Under the pieces are notes generated by a model. It was given only the letters and a program-made list of their open reading frames with translations. It made no database searches and was not told the DNA's origin. A DNA stretch of 32,000 bases from Desulfotalea psychrophila LSv54 (GTDB taxonomy: Bacteria > Desulfobacterota > Desulfobulbia > Desulfobulbales > Desulfocapsaceae): positions 1,020,001 to 1,052,000 of the forward strand of contig NC_006138.1 in assembly GCF_000025945.1 (NCBI RefSeq). The letters are read 5' to 3'. The translations under genes and the position numbers were made by a program. Below are positions 19,081 through 28,730 of the stretch, piece by piece (position 1 is the first letter of the stretch; each line of letters starts with the position of its first letter).

Positions 19081-19311
19081 TTATAATTTGTCTTTAGCGG
19101 GCGTTGTAATTTGTTCCATCACATGCTCTGCCCGTTCTTGGTTCGTGGTAAAGTTTGTATTAAGGTAGTTCGGAAAAAAGAATATTTTAAGAATTGCAAA
19201 TATTATAAACAACTTAATTAAGATGATCTTCCATAGGGCTTTTCCCACGGTCATATGTCGAAAGCCATCGCGATAGAATCGAAAGATCTTTATTGGAATA
19301 TGGTTGGACAT
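19081..19311 (-). CDS. DUF4492 family small membrane protein, first gene of the cyd operon
   Basis: 76 aa, IKIFRFYRDGFRHMTVGKALWKIILIKLFIIFAILKIFFFPNYLNTNF; 14 bp upstream of cydA in the same orientation. Confidence 0.85.
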   Translation of the reverse strand: MSNHIPIKIFRFYRDGFRHMTVGKALWKIILIKLFIIFAILKIFFFPNYLNTNFTTNQERAEHVMEQITTPAKDKL

Positions 19312-19470
19312 GTGGCGCCTTTTGTAGGATCTGCAAAGTTAAGATATAAAAATTAAAGCGTTTCTTGTTGCTGGAATCAACAGTAAACTATCCTTTTACT
19401 TTTATTGGCATATATAAACTACTCGTGGGATAGCGTCAATAATAATAATCATTGTCGTTTCGCCGAGCTC

Positions 19471-19499
19471 TTTTCCGGAAGAAGTTATCTTTTTCCGGA
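19471..19499. repeat. Direct repeat pair TTTTCCGGA at 20-bp spacing in the cyd/glnB divergent region
   Basis: TTTTCCGGA at 19471-19479 and 19491-19499; each contains the palindrome TCCGGA. Confidence 0.5.
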
Positions 19500-19622
19500 T
19501 ATTTCCTGTTACTTTTTTAGGGAGGATAAATCCTACCCTTCTGCTCTGCTGACTATGGTAAGATAGTTGGGTTGATATGTTTGCTTGTTGCGGGCAGGGG
19601 AGGTTCTGGCTTTTCCCTGTGA

Positions 19623-19991
<369 letters not shown>

Positions 19992-22562
19992 ATGGAATTA
20001 CAATTTCAGGCAGGTCGGCAAGAATTGGAAAAACTTTGGGATCAGGGTGTCTCGGGTAATGAGCTTTTGAGGAAACAGAGCCTGCTTGTGGATGATTTTG
20101 TCCGTTCATCCTTTGCCGGTTCAGGTGCCGATGTGGGTTTTGCCGTTGTGGCCCTTGGTGGTTATGGGCGAGTGGAGCTTTATCCCTATTCAGACATAGA
20201 TATTATGATCCTCTACTCTCCTGAGTTACAGGAGCAGGCGGCAGGTGTTGCAGACAGTGTTTTGTACCCGCTTTGGGATACGGGGCTGGATATTGGTCAT
20301 GGTGTACGTACCATCGCCGAATCTATTGCCCATGCAGAGGGGGACTACCTGTTCCAGGTATCTCTGCTCGATGCTCGTCTCATATGTGGAGATGCTGCTC
20401 TTTTTGCTGATCTGCAGCTGGCCTATAGGGAGCAATTTATAGATGGTTGCAGAAGGAATTTTGTCATTGAGATGAAAGCGCGTCGGAGTGCAAGGTGCGA
20501 TCGTTTTGGCACCCATAGTTATCTGCTTGAACCACAGGTGAAGGAGGGCAGGGGAGGGATGCGTGATCTGCAGGCCATGTTCTGGACCGCTCGGGTTGTC
20601 TTTGGCTTGACAGGTTTGGATGATATTGCTGAAGCTGGCCTGCTTACAATCGATGAGAAGAGACTCTTTCTGCAGTCATGGGATTTGCTTGTCCGTCTGC
20701 GCATCCGTTTGCACTATATGAGTGGAAGAAAAAATGATCAACTCTACTTTGAGCAGCAGCTTGATATGGCGGAGGCCTTTGGCTATGTGGAGGGGGGAGG
20801 CATGCTTCCCGTCGAGGCCTTTATGCGTGATCTCTACTCGCATTTGCAGAATATAGCTCTGGTGACAGATCTGTTTTTTGATCATATCGATGAAACTCTG
20901 GGCCTGGATACCAATATGTCAGATTTTCAGGACAGGCTTATTGAAAAGGGAATAGAGGTGCGGCAGGGGAGGATTCATCTTGTTGCAGATGGGCGTCAAC
21001 TTAAGGGCAAGCCTCATATCTTGATACGAGTTTTTCTGGTTATGGCGCGTATGGGTCTGCCTCTGCACTATCGAACCCGTAAGCTTATTGCTGCTAATAT
21101 GGATCTGATAACGGATAAGGTGCGTCGTTCTCCACGAATGGTTAAGCCTTTTTTGGCCCTCTTTGATGAGGCAAAAGATATATTTTCCGTCCTGAATGTA
21201 ATGCTTGAGACGGGTATGTTGCCCACCTTTCTCCCGGAATTTACTCAGGTGGTAAGTCTTGCCCAGCATGATCTCTATCACATCTATACCGTTGACCGAC
21301 ACTCTCTGCAGACGGTGTCAGAGCTACGTGATGTTTTTCTCGAATTTCCGCAGGTGGCCGCTTTGGTGGAAGAAAAATCTTTGCTTTACCTTGCCGCTTT
21401 GCTGCATGATATAGGCAAGGGCTCTGGCAGGGATCACTCTGAAGAAGGTGCTCTGTTGGTGGGGGCTGTGGCAGAACGTTTTGCTCTAGCTGGCGATAGT
21501 GCTGATGATTTGAGCTTTCTTGTCCGCTATCACCTTTTTATCCCGGAGAATGCCCTGCGTCGAGATTTGAATGATGCCGCCTTTATTCAACGTTGTGCAG
21601 AAACTGTTGGAACTCTTCCTCGTCTGGCCATGCTCTATCTTCTCTCTGTATCAGATTCTCGGGCTACGGGCCCTTCGGCCTGGAGTGATTGGAAGGCCTC
21701 TCTTATGCATGAGATGTACTTAAAGGTGCTGTCGGCCATAGAAAATCAGGCCACTGTCTCTTGCGGGGATGATCTGCAGGAGCAGGTGGATCAGGGGGTA
21801 GAGTGGTTGCGTTCTCAGGTGCAGGAAAAGATAGATACCCAAGGCCTCTTCTTTGATTTGGCGGTGTTACCTGCTGATTATTTGTTGGCTTTTTCCTCTG
21901 AGGATGTCCTCGCGCATGTTCAGCTTTGTTTGCAACACCAGAGGCTTCTCAGGCAGAAATCCTTGGTGAAGGTTTTTGAGGGTGAGGATGATTGGAAGAT
22001 ACTGTTGATGTCCCACGATCGTCCTGGGCTGCTGGCTAAGCTCTGTGGGGTTTTGGCTCTGCATAATCTTGCTGTTGCCATGGCCCAAATTTTTACCTGG
22101 GAGGATGGTGTCATTGTTGATGTGGTTACCGTGCGTCCTCAGGATGGTGCTGGATTTAGTGATAAGGACTGGGATAGCTTCCGGGCCGATATCGATTTAG
22201 CCCTTTCGCACCGTCTTGATTTGGGTCATAAACTCTATCAGAAATGGCAGACCACCTATGGCCGAAAGGCTGAGCTTGTCGGAGCCATAGATCCACGGGT
22301 GGTGGTGGATAATGAGAGTTCGGATACATATTCGGTGTTGGAGGTTTATGCCGTTGACCGTCCTCATCTGCTCTATCATCTTGCCCAAACTTTGGCGGAT
22401 TTTGGGGTGAATATTTATAAGGCCTATATTGCCACCGAGGTTGAGCAGTTGATTGATGTTTTTTATGTGCTTGATTCTCGAGGGGAAAAACTTTTAGGAG
22501 ATTCACTGAGAGAGGATATTGTTCAGGCTCTGTGCAAAACACTAAGTAAAACGGAACTTTAA
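19992..22562 (+). CDS. glnD: [Protein-PII] uridylyltransferase/uridylyl-removing enzyme
   Basis: Abuts glnB; nucleotidyltransferase motif GGYGRVELYPYSDIDIMILY, HD motif LLHDIGKGSGRDHSEEGA, two C-terminal ACT-like segments (SHDRPGLLAKLCGVLALH; AVDRPHLLYHLAQTL). Confidence 0.96.
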   Translation: MELQFQAGRQELEKLWDQGVSGNELLRKQSLLVDDFVRSSFAGSGADVGFAVVALGGYGRVELYPYSDIDIMILYSPELQEQAAGVADSVLYPLWDTGLDIGHGVRTIAESIAHAEGDYLFQVSLLDARLICGDAALFADLQLAYREQFIDGCRRNFVIEMKARRSARCDRFGTHSYLLEPQVKEGRGGMRDLQAMFWTARVVFGLTGLDDIAEAGLLTIDEKRLFLQSWDLLVRLRIRLHYMSGRKNDQLYFEQQLDMAEAFGYVEGGGMLPVEAFMRDLYSHLQNIALVTDLFFDHIDETLGLDTNMSDFQDRLIEKGIEVRQGRIHLVADGRQLKGKPHILIRVFLVMARMGLPLHYRTRKLIAANMDLITDKVRRSPRMVKPFLALFDEAKDIFSVLNVMLETGMLPTFLPEFTQVVSLAQHDLYHIYTVDRHSLQTVSELRDVFLEFPQVAALVEEKSLLYLAALLHDIGKGSGRDHSEEGALLVGAVAERFALAGDSADDLSFLVRYHLFIPENALRRDLNDAAFIQRCAETVGTLPRLAMLYLLSVSDSRATGPSAWSDWKASLMHEMYLKVLSAIENQATVSCGDDLQEQVDQGVEWLRSQVQEKIDTQGLFFDLAVLPADYLLAFSSEDVLAHVQLCLQHQRLLRQKSLVKVFEGEDDWKILLMSHDRPGLLAKLCGVLALHNLAVAMAQIFTWEDGVIVDVVTVRPQDGAGFSDKDWDSFRADIDLALSHRLDLGHKLYQKWQTTYGRKAELVGAIDPRVVVDNESSDTYSVLEVYAVDRPHLLYHLAQTLADFGVNIYKAYIATEVEQLIDVFYVLDSRGEKLLGDSLREDIVQALCKTLSKTEL

Positions 22563-22752
22563 TATGATTTTTCCCTGTTTTCTGGTATAAGGGGGGCAGG
22601 CTTGGTTATAGAAAAAAGTAACAAACATGTAACAAAAGTTAATTTGCCTGTTGCAATATTTGTCAGAAATGTTAATAAGATTTCGATGAAGTTTACTGTA
22701 CAAAAGGCATTATGAATCAGCTGAAAATCTACCAGTGTAAAGGAGATCGGGG

Positions 22753-24081
22753 ATGACCAGAGAAGAGATTATGAAGATTGTTGAGGAAGAAAATATTCAA
22801 TATTTTCGCCTCCAGTTTGTAGATATTCTAGGACACATGAAAAACGTTGCTGTGCCCAAAAGCCAAATTGGCAAGGCTCTCGACGGTCAGATGATGTTTG
22901 ATGGTTCTTCCATTGATGGCTTTGTTCGTATTAACGAGTCAGATATGTATCTCAAACCTGACTATAATACCTTCTGCGTGCTTCCCTGGAGAAACAAGAA
23001 TGGTAGAGGCGTTGCGAGGATTATCTGTGACGTGCATAAGGCAGATGAGACGCCTTTTGAGGGTTGCCCACGGGTGAATCTCAAGCGTGTACTTGCAGAA
23101 GCCAAAGAGCTTGGTTACACCATGAATGTTGGAACTGAAGCAGAGTTCTTTCTCTTTGAGCAAGATGAAAAAGGTCGTGCGACCACTATTACCAATGATG
23201 TGGCGAATTATTTTTCTCTTGATCCAGAAGATTCAGGTAATGATTGTCGTCGTGAAATCATTGAAACCCTTGAGAAGATGGGCTTTGAGATCGAGGCTTC
23301 CCATCACGAGGTTGCTGAAGGACAGCACGAAATTAGTTTTAAATATGCCGATGCCCTGGCAACTGCGGATAATACTGTAACCTTTAAGTGGGTTGTGAAG
23401 TCTATTGCCCGTCAGTATGGCTTGCACGCGACCTTTATGCCAAAACCTATTTTTGGTGTTAATGGTTCTGGTATGCACACCAATCAGTCTCTTTTTAATA
23501 TTGATGGCACCAACGCCTTCTTTGACGAGTCTGATCCACTTCAGCTTTCTCCTGTTGCCTATTCGTATATTGCCGGTTCCCTTAAGCATGCACTTGTCTG
23601 TACTGCAGTGAACAATCCCTTGGTAAACTCCTATAAGCGCCTTGTTCCCGGTTATGAGGCTCCTGTTTATGCTGCCTGGTCTGCGTCTAACAGATCAGCG
23701 CTTGTGCGTATTCCTGCCTCTCGTGGGCTCTCTACCCGTACAGAAATGCGTTCTCCCGATCCATCATGTAACCCATATCTTGCCCTGGCTATGCAACTCA
23801 ATGCCGGCCTTGATGGTGTGAGGAATAATGCGACTCCTCCGGCTGCAGTAGATCAGGATATCTTCAGTATGAGCAATGCAGAGATGGATGAGGTTGGTAT
23901 TAAGGTATTGCCTGGTTCTCTTAAGGAGGCCGTTGATGAGTTGAAGGGCAGTCCTCTTGCCAAGGAAACTTTGGGCGCACATATCTTCGAGAAGTTTATC
24001 GAGGCGAAGGAAAAAGAGTGGGAAAGTTATAGAATTGCTGTGACTAACTGGGAAATTGAAGAGTATCTCAATGTTTACTAG
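22753..24081 (+). CDS. glnA: Glutamine synthetase type I (GSI-alpha-like)
   Basis: [18 protein letters not shown]...[20 protein letters not shown]...GTEAEFFLF...GMHTNQSLF...RVPASRG; 442 aa; ends DVLP-less alpha-type [20 protein letters not shown]. Confidence 0.96.
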   Translation: MTREEIMKIVEEENIQYFRLQFVDILGHMKNVAVPKSQIGKALDGQMMFDGSSIDGFVRINESDMYLKPDYNTFCVLPWRNKNGRGVARIICDVHKADETPFEGCPRVNLKRVLAEAKELGYTMNVGTEAEFFLFEQDEKGRATTITNDVANYFSLDPEDSGNDCRREIIETLEKMGFEIEASHHEVAEGQHEISFKYADALATADNTVTFKWVVKSIARQYGLHATFMPKPIFGVNGSGMHTNQSLFNIDGTNAFFDESDPLQLSPVAYSYIAGSLKHALVCTAVNNPLVNSYKRLVPGYEAPVYAAWSASNRSALVRIPASRGLSTRTEMRSPDPSCNPYLALAMQLNAGLDGVRNNATPPAAVDQDIFSMSNAEMDEVGIKVLPGSLKEAVDELKGSPLAKETLGAHIFEKFIEAKEKEWESYRIAVTNWEIEEYLNVY

Positions 24082-24108
24082 AAAGTTTTTGTAAAAGAGT
24101 TTTTATAA

Positions 24109-24141
24109 GGGGCATCTCATTTATGAGATGCCCCTTTTTTT
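24109..24141 (+). terminator. Rho-independent terminator of glnA
   Basis: GGGGCATCTCAT-TT-ATGAGATGCCCC followed by a T tract; overlaps the 3' end of the convergent sulP gene. Confidence 0.92.
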
Positions 24142-25958
24142 TGTACTTTGCCATGGGAGCAGGATCCCATATAGAGCTCTCTCTTTAAGTAGTCTTCTTT
24201 CAGTGCCAGTAGTTCTTTGTTGTGTTCTTCAGAGAGGCACTCTGCAAATATACGCACGGTGCAGTCTGCACATATGTTTCGATCCAGCTTTTGGAAGATT
24301 GTGTTGATGGCCTCGACCTTTGACTGGAAAAAATGTTTTTGACCAATATGGTCGAGCAGGTACTGGTGCTCAGTGCTTGCCTTGTGGGCAAGGTCATGGT
24401 CCACAAAGTAAAGCCCGCCCCCTATTTTGCGCAGTTGGTTGTTCTCGTTGACTAGGGCCTCTGCTCCGGTGAGATCAATGCCGTTTATACCAAAAGCCAC
24501 TATCAGGATATGTTTTATCTTTTCCTTTTCAATGATGTTGGAGATATGGTTGAGGATATAGCTTACAGAGCCAAAGTAGATCGGGGTGTCGATTCTGATA
24601 ATTTTAAATTGGGGACACTCAGCGCAAACATCCTCGCATACCTCTATGAAGTGGTTGCTTCCCGTTCGGGTAGGGATGGGGCAAAGTGAGGGGATGTACG
24701 GCGTTGAGGTTCTGGCCAGGAATATCATCAGGGAGAGGAGTACTCCAAAGCTGATAGCAAATTCGATGTGGACGAAGAGGGTGCCGAAGAAGGTGACTGC
24801 CAGAATGGCAGTCTCGGAGCGATGATGTTCGATAATTTCTTTTATCTGCTTGAAATTAATTAGGTTGTATCCAACCAGGAAGATAACTCCGCCCATGGCG
24901 GAGACAGGCAGATATGCTGTCATCGGCGCAACCAAGAGCACGATAAGCATCAATAAGATTGCGGCAAATATGGCAGAGAGAGGGGTCTTTGCCCCTGCTT
25001 CGTAGTTGAGGCCGGATCTGGTGAAGGAGCCGGAGGCTGCATAGCATGAGAAAAAACTTCCCGTTATATTGGCCAGGCCTTGGGCGATAAATTCCTGGTT
25101 TGAGTCGAGTTTTTGGTTGGATTTGGCGGCAATAGAACGGCTGATGGATGTTGCCTCAATGAGTCCGATGAGTGCTATTGCCAGCCCCTCTGGGGCCAGT
25201 CTTCTTAGGGAGGCCATGCTGAATGTGGGGCTCGATAACTGGGGTAGTTGGGCAGGGATTTCTGCCACAAATGTAATTGTTTCAGTGTAGTTTTTTAAAA
25301 AGAGGGCAAGGATGCTGCCGAAGATCATGCCGGCCAGAAGGTTGGGTGCGCGGGGAAATATTTTTTTGCTAATAAGAGCAACAGCTAAGGTGGCAAGGGC
25401 AATTCCGAGGGCATAGGGGTTTATCTTTTCTAGCTGTGCAAAGAGGCTGATCCATGTATTGTAGAATGACTGGCCTTTGGCGAAGCTTATGCCGGTAACG
25501 CTTTTTAGTTGGCTGGTCATAACCAAGATTGCCGAGCCAGCAGTAAAGCCTGTTATTACCGAATGGGAGACGAAGTTGATCAGTGATCCCAGCCGTAGTG
25601 CGCCAAAGATGAGCTGGTATACGCCTGCCAAAAAAGTGACCATGAGTGCCATGGAGATGAATTCAGGTGTGCCTGCCTCCGCAAAGCGACTGACGCTGGC
25701 AAAGACAATGATGGAGATGGCGGTCGTTGGCCCTGAAACAAGATGGTAGGATGATCCGAAGAGGGCGGCTATGATGGGGATGACAATGGCGGTATAGAGT
25801 CCGTATTGAGGCGGAAGTCCGGCAATTGTTGCAAAGGCAACGCCCTGAGGAAGGACAATGATAGCTCCTGTAAGACCTGCCATGAAATCAAGCTTTACTG
25901 TTTCGGCATTGAGGAGCTTGAACCATTGGGTACAGGGGAAAAACTTTTTTATAGTCAT
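24117..25958 (-). CDS. SulP family inorganic anion transporter with STAS domain
   Basis: GLTGAIIVLPQGVAFATIAGLPPQYGLYTAIVIPIIAALFGSSYHLVSGPTTAIS...NLFGSCYAA-type FFSCYAASGSFTRSGLNYEAGAKTPLSA; C-terminal STAS region (HILIVAFGINGIDLTGAEAL). Confidence 0.95.
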   Translation of the reverse strand: MTIKKFFPCTQWFKLLNAETVKLDFMAGLTGAIIVLPQGVAFATIAGLPPQYGLYTAIVIPIIAALFGSSYHLVSGPTTAISIIVFASVSRFAEAGTPEFISMALMVTFLAGVYQLIFGALRLGSLINFVSHSVITGFTAGSAILVMTSQLKSVTGISFAKGQSFYNTWISLFAQLEKINPYALGIALATLAVALISKKIFPRAPNLLAGMIFGSILALFLKNYTETITFVAEIPAQLPQLSSPTFSMASLRRLAPEGLAIALIGLIEATSISRSIAAKSNQKLDSNQEFIAQGLANITGSFFSCYAASGSFTRSGLNYEAGAKTPLSAIFAAILLMLIVLLVAPMTAYLPVSAMGGVIFLVGYNLINFKQIKEIIEHHRSETAILAVTFFGTLFVHIEFAISFGVLLSLMIFLARTSTPYIPSLCPIPTRTGSNHFIEVCEDVCAECPQFKIIRIDTPIYFGSVSYILNHISNIIEKEKIKHILIVAFGINGIDLTGAEALVNENNQLRKIGGGLYFVDHDLAHKASTEHQYLLDHIGQKHFFQSKVEAINTIFQKLDRNICADCTVRIFAECLSEEHNKELLALKEDYLKRELYMGSCSHGKVQKKGASHK

Positions 25959-26183
25959 AGTTGCACTGTGAATTATTAGTTTTTCTAAGGTTATGTATCA
26001 GTTCTACTGTTATAATTTTTACCTCTTCTTCTTCTTACATGCCAGTGAAAAAAAACATAGAGTGTTGATGAGGAGGGGGCGCGGGGTGTTGGTTGATGCT
26101 TCTGTTTGTTTTAGCGGATTTTTTAAAGTTGGCCAGGTCTCTCTTTTTGTTGACAGGGTTGGCGTTTTGAGGAGAGATGGATA

Positions 26184-26648
26184 ATGAGGAAAAAATCATC
26201 TACAAAAGATGTTACATCCCTACTTCCGGGTCTTGTTCGTGCTAAGGGATGGGAGGTAGAGCTAGAACGTTACGATGTCTTTCGTAATTGGGAAAAGCTA
26301 CTTGGTGAAGAGGTGGCAGGCTGTTCTGCTCCCCTTAAGGTAGAGCGAAATATACTTTGGGTGGAGGTAGAAAACTCTGTGTGGCTGCAACAGCTTCAAT
26401 ATCAGAAGGCGTGGATGCTTGATGAAATAAACGCCTTTTTGAAGCTCTCTAGTCTTGCTGACATAAAGTTATTAATCAAGAGTGGACGTCCTAAGGAAGA
26501 GAAAGAAGAAACTCGGATTGATTACAAGCCGCCAGCGGCCGCGGAGTTTGAAAAGTTTAAAGAAAAAACAGCCTGGATAGAGGATGAGGCCAGTCGTGAG
26601 GCCCTGCAAAATTTTTGGTATCTTTTTCATGCATGTAAGCGTAAATAA
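26184..26648 (+). CDS. DUF721 domain-containing protein
   Basis: LLPGLVRAKGWEVELERYDVFRNWEKLLGEEVAGCSAPLKVERNILWVEVENSVWLQQLQYQKAWMLDEIN is the DUF721 signature; GGAGAG upstream. Confidence 0.88.
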   Translation: MRKKSSTKDVTSLLPGLVRAKGWEVELERYDVFRNWEKLLGEEVAGCSAPLKVERNILWVEVENSVWLQQLQYQKAWMLDEINAFLKLSSLADIKLLIKSGRPKEEKEETRIDYKPPAAAEFEKFKEKTAWIEDEASREALQNFWYLFHACKRK

Positions 26649-26726
26649 AAAAGTTGAGTTCACCTAGAGGCTATCTCCTTGGCAAAAGGGTTTTTTTTGC
26701 CTTGTTGTGAGGGAGCTTTCTTGTGA

Positions 26727-26757
26727 TTTGACCTCTCTTGGTGGTAGAGAGGTCAAA
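26727..26757. repeat. Perfect 12-bp hairpin with 7-nt loop downstream of the DUF721 gene
   Basis: TTTGACCTCTCT-TGGTGGT-AGAGAGGTCAAA; followed by A's, not T's, on the + strand. Confidence 0.7.
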
Positions 26758-26820
26758 AAAAATGTTGCTTTTTTAAAAACAACTATTAGTATGTCACACG
26801 TCTTGAAGATGAGACCTTAT

Positions 26821-26897
<77 letters not shown>

Positions 26898-27112
26898 ATA
26901 AATATAAGGACGTGCAGTTTTTTGTTTGCAGGTACCTTTTTATTTTTCTGATCTTCTTCAGCGCTTATAGATCTTTCTTGTTCCTTTGGGACTGGAGTTT
27001 GAAATGAGTTGTTGGGTTGGTTGGGAGCATCGTTGGGGAAAAAGTTTTTTCGACGATTATAAAAGATCCTATTGGGATGCAAGCATCTTTATAGGACACA
27101 TTAAAATAGTGG

Positions 27113-27250
27113 CAAGCATTTTATTTAGCTTGCCCTGTTTCAGCACTTTAGGTAAAGAAAAATTGTCGGATTTTATATATGTTGGACGCTTTCAGCATGG
27201 CAAGTACTACCTCTTGTTTGGAACATTAAACTTTATTTAGGAGATTTGTC
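27113..27250 (+). promoter_or_regulatory. Leader/5'-UTR of csp copy 1 (duplicated with copy 2)
   Basis: Aligns to the segment upstream of the second csp gene: AAAATAGTGG.AAGCA, ACTTTAGGTAAAGAAAAA, TTTGGAACATTAAACTT.ATTTAGGAGAT.TGTC. Confidence 0.6.
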
Positions 27251-27451
27251 ATGGCTGAAGGAATTGTAAAATGGTTTAACGATGCGAAAGGTTTTGGTTT
27301 TATCGAGCAAGAAGGTGGAGATGACCTTTTCGTACACCACACCAGCATCAACGCTTCCGGTTTCAAAACCCTCGAAGAAGGTGCTCGCGTATCTTTTGAT
27401 ATCGAGGAAGGTCAAAAAGGACCTGCAGCTGCGAACGTTACCGCACTGTAA
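27251..27451 (+). CDS. Cold shock protein, copy 1
   Basis: [34 protein letters not shown]...[13 protein letters not shown] with RNP1 (KGFGFI) and RNP2 (LFVHHT). Confidence 0.98.
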   Translation: MAEGIVKWFNDAKGFGFIEQEGGDDLFVHHTSINASGFKTLEEGARVSFDIEEGQKGPAAANVTAL

Positions 27452-27510
27452 TTCTTTTCGATATAGCTTGAGTAAGTCTCTCTGAGATTTATTTAGCTTC
27501 TGCATTGTAA

Positions 27511-27544
27511 AAGCCCCTTAGGATTTATCCTAAGGGGCTTTTTC
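27511..27544 (+). terminator. Rho-independent terminator of csp copy 1
   Basis: AAGCCCCTTAGGA-TTTA-TCCTAAGGGGCTT then TTT; 13-bp stem. Confidence 0.9.
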
Positions 27545-27584
27545 TGTTTTAGCGACCATGAAGCGGTTGTGGTTATATAGACGC

Positions 27585-27785
27585 CTACTGCCTTGTTCCA
27601 GCCTTCACTCTGCCCACCAGACCGCTTTCTAGACGTACCTTGATTCCATGGGGATGGGTGGCAGACTTTGTTAAAATATCTTTCACCGTACCCTCGGTGA
27701 GTTTTCCGGATCGTTGATCTTCTTTGAGTACGATGGATACCTTGAGGCCCATTTGGATATCGGCTCTTTTTGTTCCATTAATCAT
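27585..27785 (-). CDS. ywbE: YwbE family protein (DUF2196)
   Basis: 66 aa, GTKRADIQMGLKVSIVLKEDQRSGKLTEGTVKDILTKSATHPHGIKVRLESGLVGRVK. Confidence 0.9.
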   Translation of the reverse strand: MINGTKRADIQMGLKVSIVLKEDQRSGKLTEGTVKDILTKSATHPHGIKVRLESGLVGRVKAGTRQ

Positions 27786-28326
27786 TTTGAAATACCTTTT
27801 TTAAGATTTGTTGAAATTCTTCGTAATGGGGTAGCATTTTTACCAGCCATTGTAATTGGTTTTGCTTGAGGCTGCCGGTTCATGCTAAAGATAGTAAGTG
27901 ATAATATCTAAAGCAAGCTTTGACCGCTAACCTCTTTTTGCAGATCCGCAGGTTTTAATGTGAGAGGTTTTGTGCGTCTTTTTTTTAGATAACATATCCA
28001 TAGACTTATTCTTTCTGGTGATTATTTGGTAAACTACGGGATATCGGACCTATAATTCTGTTACTGTTTTTAGCCTTGGGCGGAGGTGGCGAGTCTTGGA
28101 AATGATCAAAGTGAGAGGTAGGCAAAAATTCTCTTTACATTTTAAAAATTAGACAGTACCTTTGTTCTTAATGGCTGGTGAGCAGGATAAACATTGAGCA
28201 ATTTGCCGTTCATTAACAACACAAAAGGTAATGCTGTTGCCTGGTGGGATGTTGTTTAGAAGGCCCCTTATGGGGAATAATTGAGATATAGGTTGGGGAA
28301 AAGTGTTTTCCTCTGCTGCTTTTTAT

Positions 28327-28471
28327 AAAATAGTGGTAAGCACTAACTGCTTGCCCAGTTTCACCACTTTAGGTAAAGAAAAAATTGTCAAATGCTATAT
28401 TTGTTGAATGTATTCAGCGTGACAACTACTACCTTGGTTTGGAACATTAAACTTCATTTAGGAGATCTGTC
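28327..28471 (+). promoter_or_regulatory. Leader/5'-UTR of csp copy 2
   Basis: Diverged duplicate of 27113-27250; shared blocks AAAATAGTGG, CACTTTAGGTAAAGAAAAA, TTTGGAACATTAAACTT, ATTTAGGAGAT. Confidence 0.6.
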
Positions 28472-28672
28472 ATGGCTGAAGGAATTGTAAAATGGTTTAA
28501 CGATGCGAAAGGTTTTGGTTTTATCGACCAAGAAGGTGGAGATGACCTTTTCGTACACCACACCAGCATCAACGCTTCTGGTTTCAAAACTCTCGAAGAA
28601 GGTGCTCGCGTATCTTTTGATATCGAGGAAGGTCAAAAAGGACCTGCAGCTGCGAACGTTACCGCACTGTAA
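28472..28672 (+). CDS. Cold shock protein, copy 2
   Basis: Identical to copy 1 except E to D in FGFI(E/D)QE; I count 3 nt differences across 201 nt. Confidence 0.98.
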   Translation: MAEGIVKWFNDAKGFGFIDQEGGDDLFVHHTSINASGFKTLEEGARVSFDIEEGQKGPAAANVTAL

Positions 28673-28730
28673 TTCTTTTCGATTGAGTTAGAGTCAGGTC
28701 TCTCTGAGACTCATTCAGCTTCTGCATTGT

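Noticed and set aside
20226-22542. Multiple minus-strand ORFs (60-128 aa) within glnD
   Set aside because: They lie wholly inside the validated GlnD frame, have no convincing ribosome binding site and resemble no family.
22563-22752. Sigma-54 promoter upstream of glnA or glnB
   Set aside because: Looked for TGGCAC-N5-TTGC-type elements; only poor matches exist (for example around TCTGGCTTTTCCCTG before glnB), so it is not reported.
24200-25749. Plus-strand ORFs and a 68-aa minus ORF inside the SulP gene
   Set aside because: They overlap a multi-TM transporter with clear SulP and STAS features; the alternative frames carry no known motif.
27233-27505. Minus-strand ORFs opposite both csp genes (90 aa at 27233-27505, 60 aa at 28454-28636)
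   Set aside because: Both are present only because the csp CDS is duplicated; their similarity reflects the sense-strand gene, not an independent antisense protein.
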